Part shown: positions 13,124 to 26,900 of the stretch, piece after piece
Layout of the letters: each line of letters begins with the position of its first letter
How positions within the stretch are numbered: position 1 is the stretch's first letter
Source: Octopus sinensis
Lineage: Eukaryota
Direction of reading: 5' to 3'
DNA: 64,000 nt
Assembly (NCBI RefSeq): GCF_006345805.1
Contig: NC_043000.1
Coordinates: 100,750,001 to 100,814,000, forward strand
The notes under the pieces: model-generated
Told to the model about the DNA's origin: nothing
Seen by the model: the letters and a program-made list of their open reading frames with translations, nothing else
The model's database searches: none
Program-made: the position numbers and the translations under genes

Positions 13124-13346
13124 TAAGAAAGGGTGCTGAAAAGTTCCTGGCTTTAAGGGTTATCACCAAAAGGTTTGGTTGGAGGTCCAACATTCCGAGT
13201 TCTTTTACAGGGCTTAGAAAAACTGAAGAACTGCTACCATAAGTCTATGAACTGGAGAAGGGAATATGTTGAATAAAATCGTAATTAAATGATCCTCCCG
13301 TATTTTCTTTTACTCAAAGCCAGAGATTTTTCAACAACCCCTCGTA
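13124..13346 (+). mobile_element. Mariner-derived MITE
   Basis: Imperfect TIRs (gggtgctgaaaagttcctggcttt / aaagccagagatttttcaacaacccctcgta). Internal LLQGLEKLKNCYHKSMNWRREYVE* resembles a mariner transposase C-terminus. Related partial copies lie at 25380-25552 and 52080-52220. Confidence 0.75.
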
Positions 13347-13443
13347 AAACTTAGATAAACATTGGGGGCTGTTTTTGTCTTGACGGAAGATTTTGGCTTA
13401 CTTCAACGTCTGCAATTGCTTCTGTAATTTGTCATATGCAGAA

Positions 13444-13830
13444 TGCGGCAAACTGGCAGAAACGTTAGCACGCCGAGCGAAATGCTTATCAGTATTTCGT
13501 CTGTCTTTACGTTCTGAAGTTCAAATTCCGCCGAGGTCGACTTTGCCTTTCATCCTTTCGGGGTCGATAAAATTAGGTACCAGTTACGCACTGGAGTCGA
13601 TGTAATCGAATTAATCCCTTTGTCTGTCCTTGTTTGACCTTTCTGTGTTTAGCCCCTTGTGGGTAGTAAAGAAATAAGCATTTCGTCTGTCTTAATGTTC
13701 TGAGTTCAAATTCCGCTGAGGTCGATTTCGCCTTTCATCCTTTCGGGGTCGATAAATTAAGTACCAGTTGCGTACTGGGGTCGATCTAATCGACTGCCTC
13801 CACTCCCCCAAAATTTCGGCCTTAGAAGAG
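13444..13830 (+). mobile_element. SINE family A tandem dimer
   Basis: The second, headless unit starts at about 13677, after aaagaaata. Confidence 0.85.
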
Positions 13831-14188
13831 ATTATACAATATGCAGATGATGATGATATGTGAATATTGAGAAACGTTATGTGTATATTGACAAACATGC
13901 ATAATTATTATATTATTTAGTAGAATAAAAATTAGTGTTATTTTTTAATAGAAATGCCATGTTTTTAGAGATAGAAGCATAATGATATTAATATTAAAAA
14001 CTAATGGAATATGCATAAGAGAAAAACATTATGCTCTAATGGAAATAGAACAAGAGGAAAGATCGGTGACTAAAAGGCGGAGAAAAAGGAAAAAGAAATG
14101 CAGAGACTAAGAATGAGAGAGACAGACAGACAGACAGATAAAAAGAAATTATAGCGTGTGTATACGTGTGAGAGTATATTGTGTAGTG

Positions 14189-14222
<34 letters not shown>

Positions 14223-14250
14223 GTGTATGTGTGTGTGTGTGTGAGTGTGT

Positions 14251-14315
<65 letters not shown>

Positions 14316-15274
14316 TGTGTGTAGGGAGACGCAAAGTAAAGACAGAAATAGTGAAATGTGTATAAAGAAAAAGAGATGGAAGCGATAGATTGAAAGATAG
14401 CATGTAAAAAGAAGCAAAATTGCGAAGCCAACCAATCAAAGAAATGAAAGAATTGCGGCTAATGTGGGTGGAGTAAAATACTTTGCTTGAATATGATTGG
14501 TTCAAACAAGATATTGTCGGAATCGTTTAAGGTTCGACTTTAGACACTGAGTGACCCCCGCCTCTCTCTCACACACACACGCACATACATAAAGACTTGG
14601 GAATTTTCAGAATACTGCCTGATATCTTGTTAAGTATCTTTATGCTCTAGGTTCAAATCTCACAGAAATATTTTGCCATTCATCCTCTCAGAGCCGAAAT
14701 TTTAAATACTCAGGTGAATGGAATTGACTTTGAAAAAAAACATGCGAAATGTACCTGAAATATTTTCCACCCATTTTAGAAGCGGGGTTGCTATATGGAT
14801 ACTGAGCCTACTGAAAATAACAGCCAAATCACTTTCAGTTCACAGTGTACCATATTAAATAAAGAAAAGATATGAGGAGGGATAGAAAGGCGGCGAGCTG
14901 GTAGAATCGCTAGCAAGTCGGACGAAAATGCTTAGTGTCATTTCTTCCTGAGTCAGTTCGAATTCCGCCGCGGTCGACTTTACCTTTCATCGTTTTGGGT
15001 TCAATACATAAAGTACTGGGCTCAATGTAATCGACTTATCCCCTACCCTTAAAATTGCTGGCCTTAACCACTGTAAGGATCTGACATCCTTCTCAGTGGG
15101 AATGTGGTGATTTCGGTCACTTATACGCCAAGGAAACCGGGTAACCGACCTAAGGAGTCTTAGGAGTCAAGAAAAATAAAGAAAAAAATTATAAGTCATG
15201 GATACAGATATTCTATGTCTGACAACGAGGAGGAATGGTTATGTATTGCAGGCCTTTATTCGTAAGGTCTACAT

Positions 15275-15863
15275 CAGCGTTTCTCAGCCATTTTTGGCCG
15301 ATGGACAACCTTTGATTCCTATTTTAATCCACTGGACTCTCAAAGCTATTCAATATTTAAAAAATTCCTATTATAGGCGCAGGCGTGGTTGTGTGGTAAG
15401 AAGTTTACTTCCCAACCACATGGTTCCAGGTTCAATCCCACTGCGTAACACCTTGGGCTGAACAAAGCCTTGTTAGTAAATTTGGTAGACGGTAACTGAA
15501 AGAAGCCCGTCGTATGCATATATATATATGTGTGTGTGTGTGTGTGTATGTATGTGTATGTATTTGTTATTTTTTGTCTGTGTTCCCCCACCATCGCTGG
15601 ACAACCGATGATGGTGTGTTTACGCCCCTGTCACCTCACCTAGTGGTTCGGCAAAAAGTGACCGATAGAATAAGTACTGGGCAGTGCTCCAGCATGGCTG
15701 CAGTCAAAGGGCTGCAACAAGAAAAATAATAAAAGGATTACAAAAAATTATTAAAATATTGTGTGTATTATAAAAGTATAACCAATTAATTGCACATAAA
15801 TTTTAACTATGGAATCTTTTATGGATCCTCAAGGGCCATATAGACCCCGGTTGAGAACCACTG
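15275..15863. mobile_element. hAT (Charlie-like) MITE interrupted by a SINE B
   Basis: TIRs cagcgtttctcagcc / ggttgagaaccactg. The 8-bp flanks gtctacat / atctatat fit an NTCTAGAN-like TSD. Confidence 0.7.
15377..15727 (+). mobile_element. SINE family B nested in the hAT MITE
   Basis: Head ggcgcaggcgtggttgtgtggtaagaag...ggttcaatccc and tail ccagcatggctgcagtcaaa. Confidence 0.85.
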
Positions 15864-17119
15864 ATCTATATTATCAGGGCTTGCCAGGGTTTGAACATCA
15901 AACAACTAGCTCCACTTTCCTCGCTCTGCTACCCCCCGCTCCACTTCCCTCGCTACCCTTTTCCAATTACGCTACTGCTGCTGGAACAACTCTGGTCACA
16001 GATCTTGTAGGTCCGGATGGACTTGAAACAACAACAGCAACGGGAGCAACAGCAAGAACAACATATTGTTTTAAGTGCTTGATATATAATTCATCTGCCT
16101 TTCTGAGCTACGACAACAGCAAAAACATCTTTCAAAGCATCAGTAAGAACAATTTCCAAACAGTTAAGATCTCTTATATCTGAACGATTCGGTTGCAGTT
16201 TAGTGATAAAGTCCACTCGAATGGCAGTCATCCATAACATTGTGTTTCTGGGCTATTAGCTAGACATTTTACGCGCTTGAATAAACCGTAAAGTGTTACT
16301 TTGTAACCAATTTACGATATCTATATAATACTGTGTGAGACCATGCCACATCAAGTTATGTTGCTTTTTCCAACATCGCCAAGACATTGCATTATTTATG
16401 TTTTGAGAAAAACAAATATGACAGAAGACATATCTTTCTTCATGTTAGATACGTTGGTTTATAATTTTTCCTTTTTCTTTTTCCTTTCTTTTTACCTATG
16501 GATCATTTAAAGGTGGTTTTAGAACATTATGCTTTTCTAATCAATAAAATAGCCTTACAAAATAAATGCCTTCTAAACTAGAAAGCTCTCATGGTAGCAT
16601 ATTATTGAAGGATCTTCGCTCTGGTATCTTTTTTTTTTTTTCTACATAAGAGAATCAGGATCCCTCTTCTGCGTCTCTAAATATTATTCATTCTTGCAAA
16701 AGTGGCAAGCTGCCAGGACTCTTTAGCGAGTTGGACAAAATGCTTGGCGGCATTTCTCCCGGCTCTTTACGACATTCTGAGTTCAAATTCCGCTGTGATC
16801 AATTTTCGATGTCTATAGAATAAGTACCAGTTTAAGTTAGTGGGATTAATGTAAGCGACTTGTCCCCTCCTTGCACAATTCCAGCCCTTGTACTTTTAGT
16901 CGGAAGAACTATTCATTGTTTGTTCAATAGAAGTTTTAATGGAAATAGAAACCTCATAAGAGAAACTAATGTTAACAAAAATGTTTTTATGTGGTCGCTC
17001 GACCTGTTTAGTAATAGAAGTCAAATCTCCCTCAAATTATTACACCTTACTGTCTTAAAGAAAAAGGAAAAACAAATTCGATGATGAGTTCTTGATATCA
17101 AAAAGCAATTGAAGGATGT

Positions 17120-17330
17120 GGGCTGGTAGAATCGTTACTGCGCCGGGCAAAAAGCTTAGCGGCATTTCTTCTGTCTTCGTGTTCTGAGTTCAAATTCCGC
17201 CGAGGTAGATTTTGATTTTCATCCTTTCGGGAACGATAAAATAAGTACCAGTTAAGTACTGGAGTCAATGTAATCGACTTATCCTCTCACCTAAAAAAAT
17301 TACTGGTCTTGTGCCAAAGTTTGAAACTTA
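17120..17330 (+). mobile_element. SINE family A
   Basis: Matches family A. More decayed copies lie at about 14888-15065 and 16700-16890. Confidence 0.8.
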
Positions 17331-17610
17331 TATTAAAAATCAATGGAAGTGACCATCATTGGAACGTCTTTTAATCAGGGTTGATACGGATTTTAAATAA
17401 TATTTCTTTCATGAGGAACCAAGGCTTCTGAGGGAGGAGTCTTTGTGAAGTGAAAGTAGGCGGGTGAATTATTTGTTTGAAAGTTGTTATAACACCGATG
17501 AAGAATTATTATTTGGGTGTAGACGTTAGTTTGGCTTCTCGTTAATAAAAAAATATCCCTTATAATCGCTCGTGGGCAAAAATTTTCCCCAATATTTATT
17601 TAAAGACCAT

Positions 17611-17990
17611 GGCGCAAGCTGGCAGAATTGTTAGCAGGTCGGACAAAATGCTTAACGGTATTTCGTCTGCCGTTATGTTCTGAGTTCAAATTCCGCCAAG
17701 GTCGACTTTGCCTTTCATCCTTTCGGGGTCGATTAAATAAGTACCAGTTACGCACTGGTGTCGATGTAATCGACTTAATCCCTTTGTCTGTCCTTGTTTG
17801 TCCTCTCTGTGTTTAGCCCCTTGTGGGTAGTAAAGAAATAAGTAATTCGTCTGCCGCAACGTTCTGAGTTCAAATTCCGCCGAGGTCGACTCTGCCTTTC
17901 ATCCTTTCGGGGTTCGTAAAATAAGTACTATTTAAGCACTGGGGTCGATGCAATCGACTTACCCTTTTCCCGAAGATCGCAGGCCTTTGT
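17611..17990 (+). mobile_element. SINE family A tandem dimer
   Basis: The second, headless unit starts at 17841. Confidence 0.9.
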
Positions 17991-18509
17991 AATCAATATT
18001 TATTTAGGGGGGCAAAATTTCCCTTGTATTCATCAATTTTGGAACACTGGTTTTACAAACGATAGGTATCAGATTAAGAGCCCAGTTCTTAACTTAGAAT
18101 CTATTTCTTATTTAGTTTTGATTTATGAAAACAAAAATATTTATAAGGAATGTAAACCTAAGGAATTTCAATTCCTCATTCAAAAAAAAAATAATAATTT
18201 CATAAGCATTGATTTATTTCGACATTTTCGATACGAAACTGTAATATTTTATGATGCTTCGAAGTTATTTGATACCTTTTCAAGTAATTTTAAAAATTTA
18301 AATCTACGAAACGAAGAAGATCAAAGTATAATTATTTCTAATTTTTAGCACCGACCAGGTCAACTGGTACTTATTCTAACGACCCGGAAAAGATGAAAGG
18401 CAAAGTCTACTTTGGCGGCATTTAAATTGAGAACGTAAAACCAGAAGAAATACTGCTAAACATTTTTTTCTGGTGCGTTGACAATTCTACCATCTCGCCG
18501 CTTTGAAAG

Positions 18510-18541
18510 AAATAATAATAATAATAATAATAATAATGATG

Positions 18542-18619
<78 letters not shown>

Positions 18620-18695
18620 TATTATGTGGTGCAAAAACAATGAGGAGGAGGAGGATGATAATAACAATGATAATAATAATATCAACAACATCATC

Positions 18696-18732
<37 letters not shown>

Positions 18733-18755
18733 CGATAATAATAATAATAATAATA

Positions 18756-18794
<39 letters not shown>

Positions 18795-18900
18795 TAATAA
18801 TGTATTATGTGGTGCAAAAACAATGATGATGATGAGGAGGATGATAATAATAATATCAACAACATCACAATAGTAATAATAATAATAATAATAATACCAA
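18510..18900. repeat. (TAA)n/(TGA)n compound microsatellite with an internal higher-order duplication
   Basis: The spacer gtattatgtggtgcaaaaacaatga... occurs at about 18618 and about 18802. Confidence 0.9.
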
Positions 18901-19522
18901 GAAATAAATAGTTCCTGAATATTAATGTAAATCAATGAATTCCGCTTTCGACGTCCATGCTTCTTCGCGTGTAACAATGAAGTCATGCTGCCTACTTTGA
19001 TCTAGCCTTATAAAAAGGATTTCTTAAAGATTTTTCAAACACTATCCTCCTTTTGACGTTTTCATTTGTCCTGTTATCCAACATTTACAAGCAATGTTGT
19101 GTTTTGCAGGAGGCGCTTTAGTAATCATAAACTTTAACTGTAGAAACATGTCTCTGATATTGCACTTCGCTTTCTAACGATTTCCTGTTCTAATTTCCCG
19201 TTTCTTCCATATTCTATACTTCATTCATTATGGAAATGACGCTTAACAGTTTCAGAAAATTGTTGAGTAAAATTTTATTGAATTTTGTGAAGAAGAATAA
19301 AATAACTATGAGTAGAATTTGTAAAAAGTAACTAAATCACTTGAGGTTAATTACTCCGAATATAAGTAGGATGCTGAGGTTAAAATAGGACAATAACCCT
19401 TAATTAATTTTGACAAAGGTGTGAGGGTGTAAACAATTCAATTTTTTAAAATCCTTCACTATCCATATTTAAAATAATTATAATTCATTGAATTAATAAA
19501 TTTTTTCCTTACTCTTTTACTC

Positions 19523-19729
19523 TCTCTTTTACTTGTTTCAGTCATTTGACTGTGGCTATGCTGGAGCACCGCCTTTAGTCGAGCAAATCGACCCCAGGAC
19601 TTATTCTTTGTAAGCCTAGTACTTATTCTATCGTGGGGTTTTGCTGAACCGCTAAGTTACGGTGACGTAAACACACCAGCATCGGTTGTCAAGCGACGTT
19701 GGCGGGGGGGAGACAAACACAGACACACA

Positions 19730-19818
<89 letters not shown>

Positions 19819-19980
19819 TACATATATACGACGGGCTTCTTTCAGTTTCCTTCTACCAAATCAACTCACAAGGCTTTGGTCTGCCCGAGACTATAGTAGA
19901 AGACATTTGCCCAAGATACCACGCAGTGGGACTGAACCCGGAACCATGTGGTTGGTAAGCAAGCTACTTACCACACAGCC
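19523..19980 (-). mobile_element. SINE family B, full length
   Basis: Reverse complement of family B, including its internal CA/TA tract. Confidence 0.9.
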
Positions 19981-20334
19981 AAATAAATAAATAAATTTTT
20001 GGAGTATTCCATTGGAAAGGGGTGCACCACACAGCAAGATATATATATATGCTATTCTCAAGAACATTAAGCTGAGCACTACAAGCTGACAAAAACATGT
20101 CATTTTGAGCCAACTAGGAACCAGGTCTCGCTTAAATCACACTTTTCTTTCTTGGGAAATGAAAAACCCTGGACAATTTAGGGTGTAGCGCTAAATAACA
20201 ACGATATGGATGATTATGCATGGAGCACACCTCGGGTTAAAGAGCAACAGTATTTGTTAACTACAGTACTGTGACCGCCTATAGAAGCTAGTTGGTTCTA
20301 CCTTCAGGTAGCAATAATAATAATAATCATTTCT

Positions 20335-22130
20335 ACTAAAGGCACAAGACCTGAAATTTTGGAGGAGGGAACTAGCCAATTACATCGACTCCAGTGTTCC
20401 ACCAGTACTTAATTTGTTGACCCAGAAAGGATGAAAGACAAAGTCGACCTCGGTGGAATTTGCATTTAGAACATAAAGACTGACAAAATGTCGCTAAGTA
20501 TTTTACCCGGCGTGGTAACGATTCTGCCAGCTCGCCAAATCTATATTGTAATGATAGAAGAAGTGCAGGACTATGTCCTGTTCCCCATTACCACCTCCAC
20601 GTTATTAAAAGAAGTCACATTACTTTGAAGAAATTACAAATGTATATTAAAAAATTTTTAAACTATAAAGTTTATCTGTATATCAAACATAAATTATAAT
20701 GCTTTATATTACAAGATTTGCTTCTGCTTTTAATATCAACTTCCGTTTGAATTCCATATGTAACCATATGGAATATGTTCGCGTTCGTGAAAAATGTAAT
20801 AAAGCGGGGAAAAAACAACAACAAAATAAGTGAGTAAATTATTTTGAAAAGTATTATGTAGTGCAAAAACAATAATCTCTAATAGGATTGAGTTTTCAAA
20901 TTGTGTTAGACTACTGTCATGTTGGGGTACCACTTTGAAATTATTTAGTCAATAATATCATCTCCCAACACAATTCTTCACACATGGTCAGATGTATGTT
21001 GCATTATCAAGAGCGTCAAGAAAAGAAAATATAAAAAAATATCGACCGAGATAAATGAAAAGGGTTCGTTTGCTAACAGTTGTGTCTGCAAAAAAAAAAT
21101 TCTTCAGTGATGTGAAACATTCATTACTCTCGCTTAATAGAAATGTATTTAAGTTTCTTTTTAATAGCTAGGAAAGGGACACTAGAAATACTTAAGACGT
21201 GTCTATAAGTGAATATAATGAAACAACAATATAGCAAAACTCAGCTCTTCATATTGGTAAATGTAGTTCATTAATTCCCATCTGATGATTTATTTTCGAA
21301 TTCATTCAGGAGAAGATTCATGAACATTTTCCCTTGACAGTCTCATCTCTTTTATAATTTTCGTTATCGTCTTTTTTTTATGTATCGTGGATTATTTTAC
21401 TGATTACAGAATAAACTAGAATCTTTGTTCAATTCACGAGCATATTGTCAGTTTACTCTATAATTTATGTATCATATCTATATGCATATACAATATCAAT
21501 ATTGCTAACACATGCCAGCGGTTTTTCTGTTAGTAATTATAATAATCCTTTTTATTATAGGCACAAGGCCTGAAATTTGGTGGGAGGGGGCTAGTATATT
21601 ACATCGACCGCAGTGCGTAACTGGTACTTATTTTATCGACTCCCAAAAGGATGAAAGGCAAAGTCGACCACAGCGGAATTTGAGCTTAGAACGTAAGGAC
21701 GGAGAAAATGCCGCTAAGCACTTTGTCGTGCGTGCCATCGATTCTGCCGGCTCACTGCCTTATCCAAGTAGTAGTAATAATAATAATAATAATAATAATA
21801 ATCCTTTCTACAGTAGGCACAAAGCCTGAAATTTTATGAGAGGGAGGCCAGTCGATCAGATCAACCCCCAGTACGCAACTGGTACTTAATTTATCAACCC
21901 CGAAGGGATGAAAGGCAAATTCGACCACGGTGGAGTTTGAACTCAGAATGTAGCGGCAGACGAAATGCCGCTAAACATTTCGCCCCGCATGCTAACGATT
22001 CTTCCAATTAGCCGGTTCAATTTTAAATAATAATAATAATAATAGATTTAACTTTTGACACAAGGCCAGCAATTTTGGGGATGGGTTAGAGGTAAGCCGA
22101 TTACGTCAACTCCAGTGTTCCACTGGCTAA
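20335..22130 (-). mobile_element. Group of minus-strand SINE A copies (about 20335-20537, 21560-21760, 21810-22015, 22060-22130)
   Basis: Each is the reverse complement of the family A body. The span is not one continuous element. Confidence 0.8.
20940..21185 (+). mobile_element. Helitron helicase C-terminal remnant
   Basis: FFTHGQMYVALSRAS matches the Helitron PIF1-like helicase motif (FSHGQLYVALSR). A CTAG at 21181-21184 could be the 3' end. Confidence 0.6.
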
Positions 22131-22430
22131 AACAAGAAAAGTTAAATGATTTCATTGACTATTGCAGTCTACAAGGTGTTTTTGCCATATTTATGTAATA
22201 TATATATAATATACATGCTATATATATACATATATATATATATATGCACAAATCAAATTATATTTTATGCACTTTATTGCGTTTTGTTATGCGCGTGATT
22301 CAGCGGTCCCTGGAAAAATTGTCTTGCATGAAATCGGTTTATAGTGCAAAAAATTTGAGGACTGCTGATGTTTTAAAGCATCTGGCCTGGTTTTCTTAAA
22401 GTTCTGCTTACCCAACAGCCCCGATTGATA

Positions 22431-22550
<120 letters not shown>

Positions 22551-23129
22551 TTTTTGATCGACTGCACGAGGAGAAAAGATAAACTTGAGCTCGAAAGATT
22601 AAACTTAGTCGTAGTTTGAAATTAGAGGGAAAATATAAAACATAAGGGTAATACAACTAAATACGACAAAGCGTTTAAAGTGTTATATGCATGTAGTTGA
22701 TACTTTACTGAAGCAAATCAAATCCACTTTTGTCAGGCAGTTTAGATGGCAACCGTTTCATTTTTTTCTCGTTATTCTGTTATTCTCGTTATTCTGTTAT
22801 TGTGGTGATGATGCGTGTATCTGTGTGTGTTGTGAGATGTTTTTGTTCTTATTATATTTGCTTCCTCGTATATATCATTAGAAAATGAATTCAACTGTGT
22901 TGTGAGTAAGTGAGCGAGTGAACGAGCCGGTTGAAGTAACGGAAATGTTCCGGATCCCCGCAATATGATCTCGCTTCCGTTTCATTCAAATTGTCATGTG
23001 AAGATGTTTATATATATATATATATAAGTAAATGGAGTTGAACGCAGATATTATAGCTTTTTACATACACATGCACACATATACGCACACACACACACAC
23101 ACATCCATGCATATATATATGTATGTATG

Positions 23130-24809
23130 TCATTGTTTAGTTTTATTTCAAGATTTCTTGCCAATTGAGAAACAGCCGGTTCCCAACCTAGAGCCAAGGT
23201 TCCTTCATTGGAATTTCAACATCAACAACAGGGTATGTATGTATGTATGTATGTATGTATGTATGTATGTATGTATGTATGTATGTATGTATGTGTGCAG
23301 ATTTGTATGCTTTGCTTTATGTGTATTTTCTAATGCATATAGTTGCATATCTAGACATGCTCATATATATTTAAATGATAAACTTCTGGAAAGTTTTACA
23401 GATTTTTACAGTTCCAGTGATGGATTGGATCTCTAGTCTTCGAATTAGCTTTCTCTTTTCTGATTTTGAGAAGCCTAATTTCTCAAGATTGGTATTTAGT
23501 CAGTGTGTTACATATCCCAAGGCCCCAATGGTTACAGGTATAAACCTGAACTTGTAATCTAGACAGAGTAACTGCAGATTTCTCAAAAGTTCAGCGTCGT
23601 TATTCTCTTTTTCACTTCAGCTTTTTGTTAACATCCAGTGGGCAGCTAATTTCCACAACTGTACACAGTTTCTCTTCTCTATCCCAAATCATTATATCAG
23701 GTCTATTGTCATTTTATTGAGGTCTTCACTAGGACATTCCACCAGTATTCCTTTTTATTATGAGCAGCTATGGCTTCTACCATGCTGTAGGTTCTTATTT
23801 CTTTGTCTTCGGGGTTATCCTTCCGACGGATTTCATTATAGAGTGCCCTAGCAACCATATCATGTCTTATCGGTAGATAATATCGTGATGACATTTTCGA
23901 ACAGCTGCTTATCATGTGAGTGATATCTTCGGTATTAACTCCACAAAGTCTGCATCGGTTGTCACATTTTACTGCTTTTCCTGCATCTCTATCCCTTTTG
24001 TGCATTAGGTACTTGGTTGATATTTCCTGTTCCTGGATTGCATACGCATACCCTTCAAAGTGGAAGGTTGTAGTCTGGCTATTCGTCCATGATAGACTGC
24101 TTTGATGATCAATGTTGCTATCATCTCGGAGCTTTCTACTAAAATATCTATACATAGTTTTCTGATCATATAGGCTCATCCTTTCATCTGATGATATGTT
24201 AGAAGCGTGTGACTTCTTTGTATATGTATTCTAGGTTATCAGACAAAGAATGTTGCTCAAGGAGCTGCCTTCCAAGTCTAATGATGTTATCAGCCTCATG
24301 TATGCAAATTTGATCAAGGGATGCACTTCGACACTTGGTGGTTAAAAGATGTTGGTGAAGGGATATGATGCGACATTCAAAGGCATTTTGGATTAATGTT
24401 AAGCCTCTGCCGCCTTGTTTTCGTTGTAACCGTTTTCGTCACTGTTTATGTGGAAATTATGTGTGCTTGTTAGTATTTTTCGGGTTTTCACATAAATGGT
24501 TCGGATCTCATCAAGCGTCCAGTTAAACAGCCCAAGCATTGGTATGAGTACTGACACTACAAACACATTGGGGATGGGCACTGTTTTATTGAATGCAGAG
24601 AGTTCTGAGGTTCATATTTTCTTTATTCGACTGTAATATTCTTTAGTGACACCTGTTTTGTTAGAGGTGCCATTGTAAGATATGTTTTCATCCACTCCTA
24701 AATACCTGTAACATTCCTCGTCAGATATAGGGGAAACAGTCAAATCATTGATGGAAATGTTGCTAGTCTGGTTGATAGTTTCCCCTTTTCACAATCGTAT
24801 AGTAACATT
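23130..24809 (-). mobile_element. R4-clade LINE, 5'-truncated, CATA family (RT C-terminus, CCHC zinc knuckle, PD-(D/E)xK endonuclease)
   Basis: Encodes CYRYLGVDE; FEGYAYAIQEQEI...CRLCGVNTEDITHMISSC...RHD; and DNRPDIMIWDREEKLCTVVEISCP. Both ends lie in (CATA)n. Confidence 0.9.
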
Positions 24810-24871
24810 TGTATGTACGTACGTATGTATGTATGTATGTATGTATGTATGTATGTATGTATGTATGTATG

Positions 24872-24902
<31 letters not shown>

Positions 24903-25019
24903 CCCATTATAACTACTCCTATTCAACACATATACTCCATTGTGTCTACTGTTTCACAGGCTCTCTTGTAGAAATAATATTCCAGGAGGAGGGGTAGGCA
25001 GGGGAGAAGGAGGAGGAGG

Positions 25020-25102
25020 TGAAGAAGAAGAAGAAGAAGAAGAAGAAGAAGAAAAGAAGAAGAAGAAGAAGAAGAGAAGAAGAAGAAGAGAAGAAGAAGA
25101 AG

Positions 25103-25160
<58 letters not shown>

Positions 25161-25180
25161 TGATGATGATGATGATAATG
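25020..25180. repeat. (GAA)n-(CAA)n-(TGA)n compound trinucleotide repeat
   Basis: Directly visible. Confidence 0.95.
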
Positions 25181-25699
25181 ATTTTTAACATAAACAAGTC
25201 CATTTTGGAGTAAGGTTGTTGTCAAAGATATCAACCCTGTATCTAATCTTATACTTTATTTTATCGGCCCCGCAAAGATGAAAGGCAAAATTGCCCTGGG
25301 CAAAGTAAAAAAAAAAACGAAACAAACGCTACAGAAATAGAGAAGACTATGAAGAGAGAGAGTGTAATAAGGGTATTGCGAAATACCTGGTTGGAGACCC
25401 AACCTTCCGAGTTCTTTTGCAGGGCTTAGAAAAACTGAAGGACCGCTGCAATAAGTGTGTGAATCTGAGAGGTGAACATGTTGAATAAATTCATAACTGA
25501 TTCTCCTGTATTTTCTTTTACCCAAAGCCAGGAACTTTTCAGCACCCCATCATATATTTATCTTGTCCTTGCTATTCGTTGCAAGATTTATTAGCAAACT
25601 ACGTAGTTTTTCCCACTCTTGAACACTTTAGCCAGTCTGCCGCCCTTATAGTTTGAACATGTGCACAAAACCAGGAACTGGCGCGAGTATAGGACAAAA

Positions 25700-25935
25700 T
25701 ATATTTCTTTATTACCCACAAGAGGCTAAACATAGAGGGGACAAACAAGGACAGACAAAGGGATTAAGTCGATTACATCGACCCCAGTGAGTAATTGGTA
25801 CTTTATTTATCGACCCTGAAAAGATGAAAGGCAAAGTCGACCTCGGCGGAATTTGAACTCAGAACGTAACGGCAGACGAAATATCGCTAAGCATTTCGCC
25901 CGGCACGCTAACGTTTCTGCCAGCTCGCCGCCTTA
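25700..25935 (-). mobile_element. SINE family A, full length
   Basis: Head to tail, in reverse orientation. Confidence 0.9.
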
Positions 25936-26214
25936 ATATAGGACGAAATAAACAACGAAGAGCGTGTAATATATTCAGACTGGCATATTGGACCTCGCAC
26001 GGTTTAGAAGAAACTTACCCAAATTGCTGCTCAGAGGAATTGAACCCGCAAAGAATGTGCAATATGGTCATAGTGTTACACTAGACCATACTCGATTTAC
26101 CGTTGCATATTCAAGTATGAAATATCTGTTTGTGTATAGGAATATACGACAGAGAGGGTATAATGTGTTCCGATTGTAGCACTCCTCTGCACGATTTACT
26201 ACTGCGTGTTGTAG

Positions 26215-26430
26215 AGCGGCGAGCTGGTAGAAACGTTAGCACGCTGGGCGAAATGCTTACCGGTATTTCGTCTGCATTACGTTCTGAGTTCAAATTCTGC
26301 CGAGGTCGACTTTGCCTTTCATCCTTTCGGGGTCGATAAATTAAGTACCAGTTACGCACTGGGGTCGATGTAATCGACTTAATACCTATGTCTGTCCTTG
26401 TTTGTCCCCTCTATGTTTAGCAATAAAGAA
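26215..26430 (+). mobile_element. SINE family A
   Basis: Matches family A. Further copies lie at 27525-27758 (+), about 29515-29835 (-) and 37365-37570 (+). Confidence 0.9.
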
Positions 26431-26749
26431 AAACGCGTCTGCTTGTGTACAGTAATAAACAGCGAAGAGAATGTAGAATGCCCAGATTTGACACACTTTA
26501 AAATACACGATTTACCACTACTTGTGGTCAAGTACAATATTCTCCTCAGCTATGTAGAAATATAATATAACTGAGTAGGTGGATCTTGCTAAGTCGTGTT
26601 TCGTTGTTCGACCGACTACATGCGTACCATTGGACTGCTTGATCAGAGCTGACTTGTGATTAACTAGCAACAACAACAGTACCGCTACCTACGACCAGAG
26701 AGAGAGAGAGAGAATATCATTAAATGATCATATGAAATTTAATGTTCTT

Positions 26750-26900
26750 CTAACATGAACACTTATCAAATCAGTTCTTGAATTCATCGATTGGTTTCGA
26801 TTCAACAATCAGTTTCAGGTAATCAATTCCAATTCTTGTAGATCATTGTCGGAGAAAGATATTCTACCTTGTTGGCTGGTTGCACTGCTTCTAAATAATT
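26750..26900 (-). mobile_element. CR1-like LINE 3' coding remnant
   Basis: NWN*LPET / VESKPIDEFKN*FDK, read across one frameshift, resembles the CR1 WNxLPxxVVxSxSxxxFKxxLDK terminus. Confidence 0.5.

Noticed and set aside
22690-22990. Promoter-like island with ETS-like cggaa motifs and a short minus-strand ORF MKRLPSKLPDKSGFDLLQ
   Set aside because: No convincing initiator/donor combination; too weak to call.
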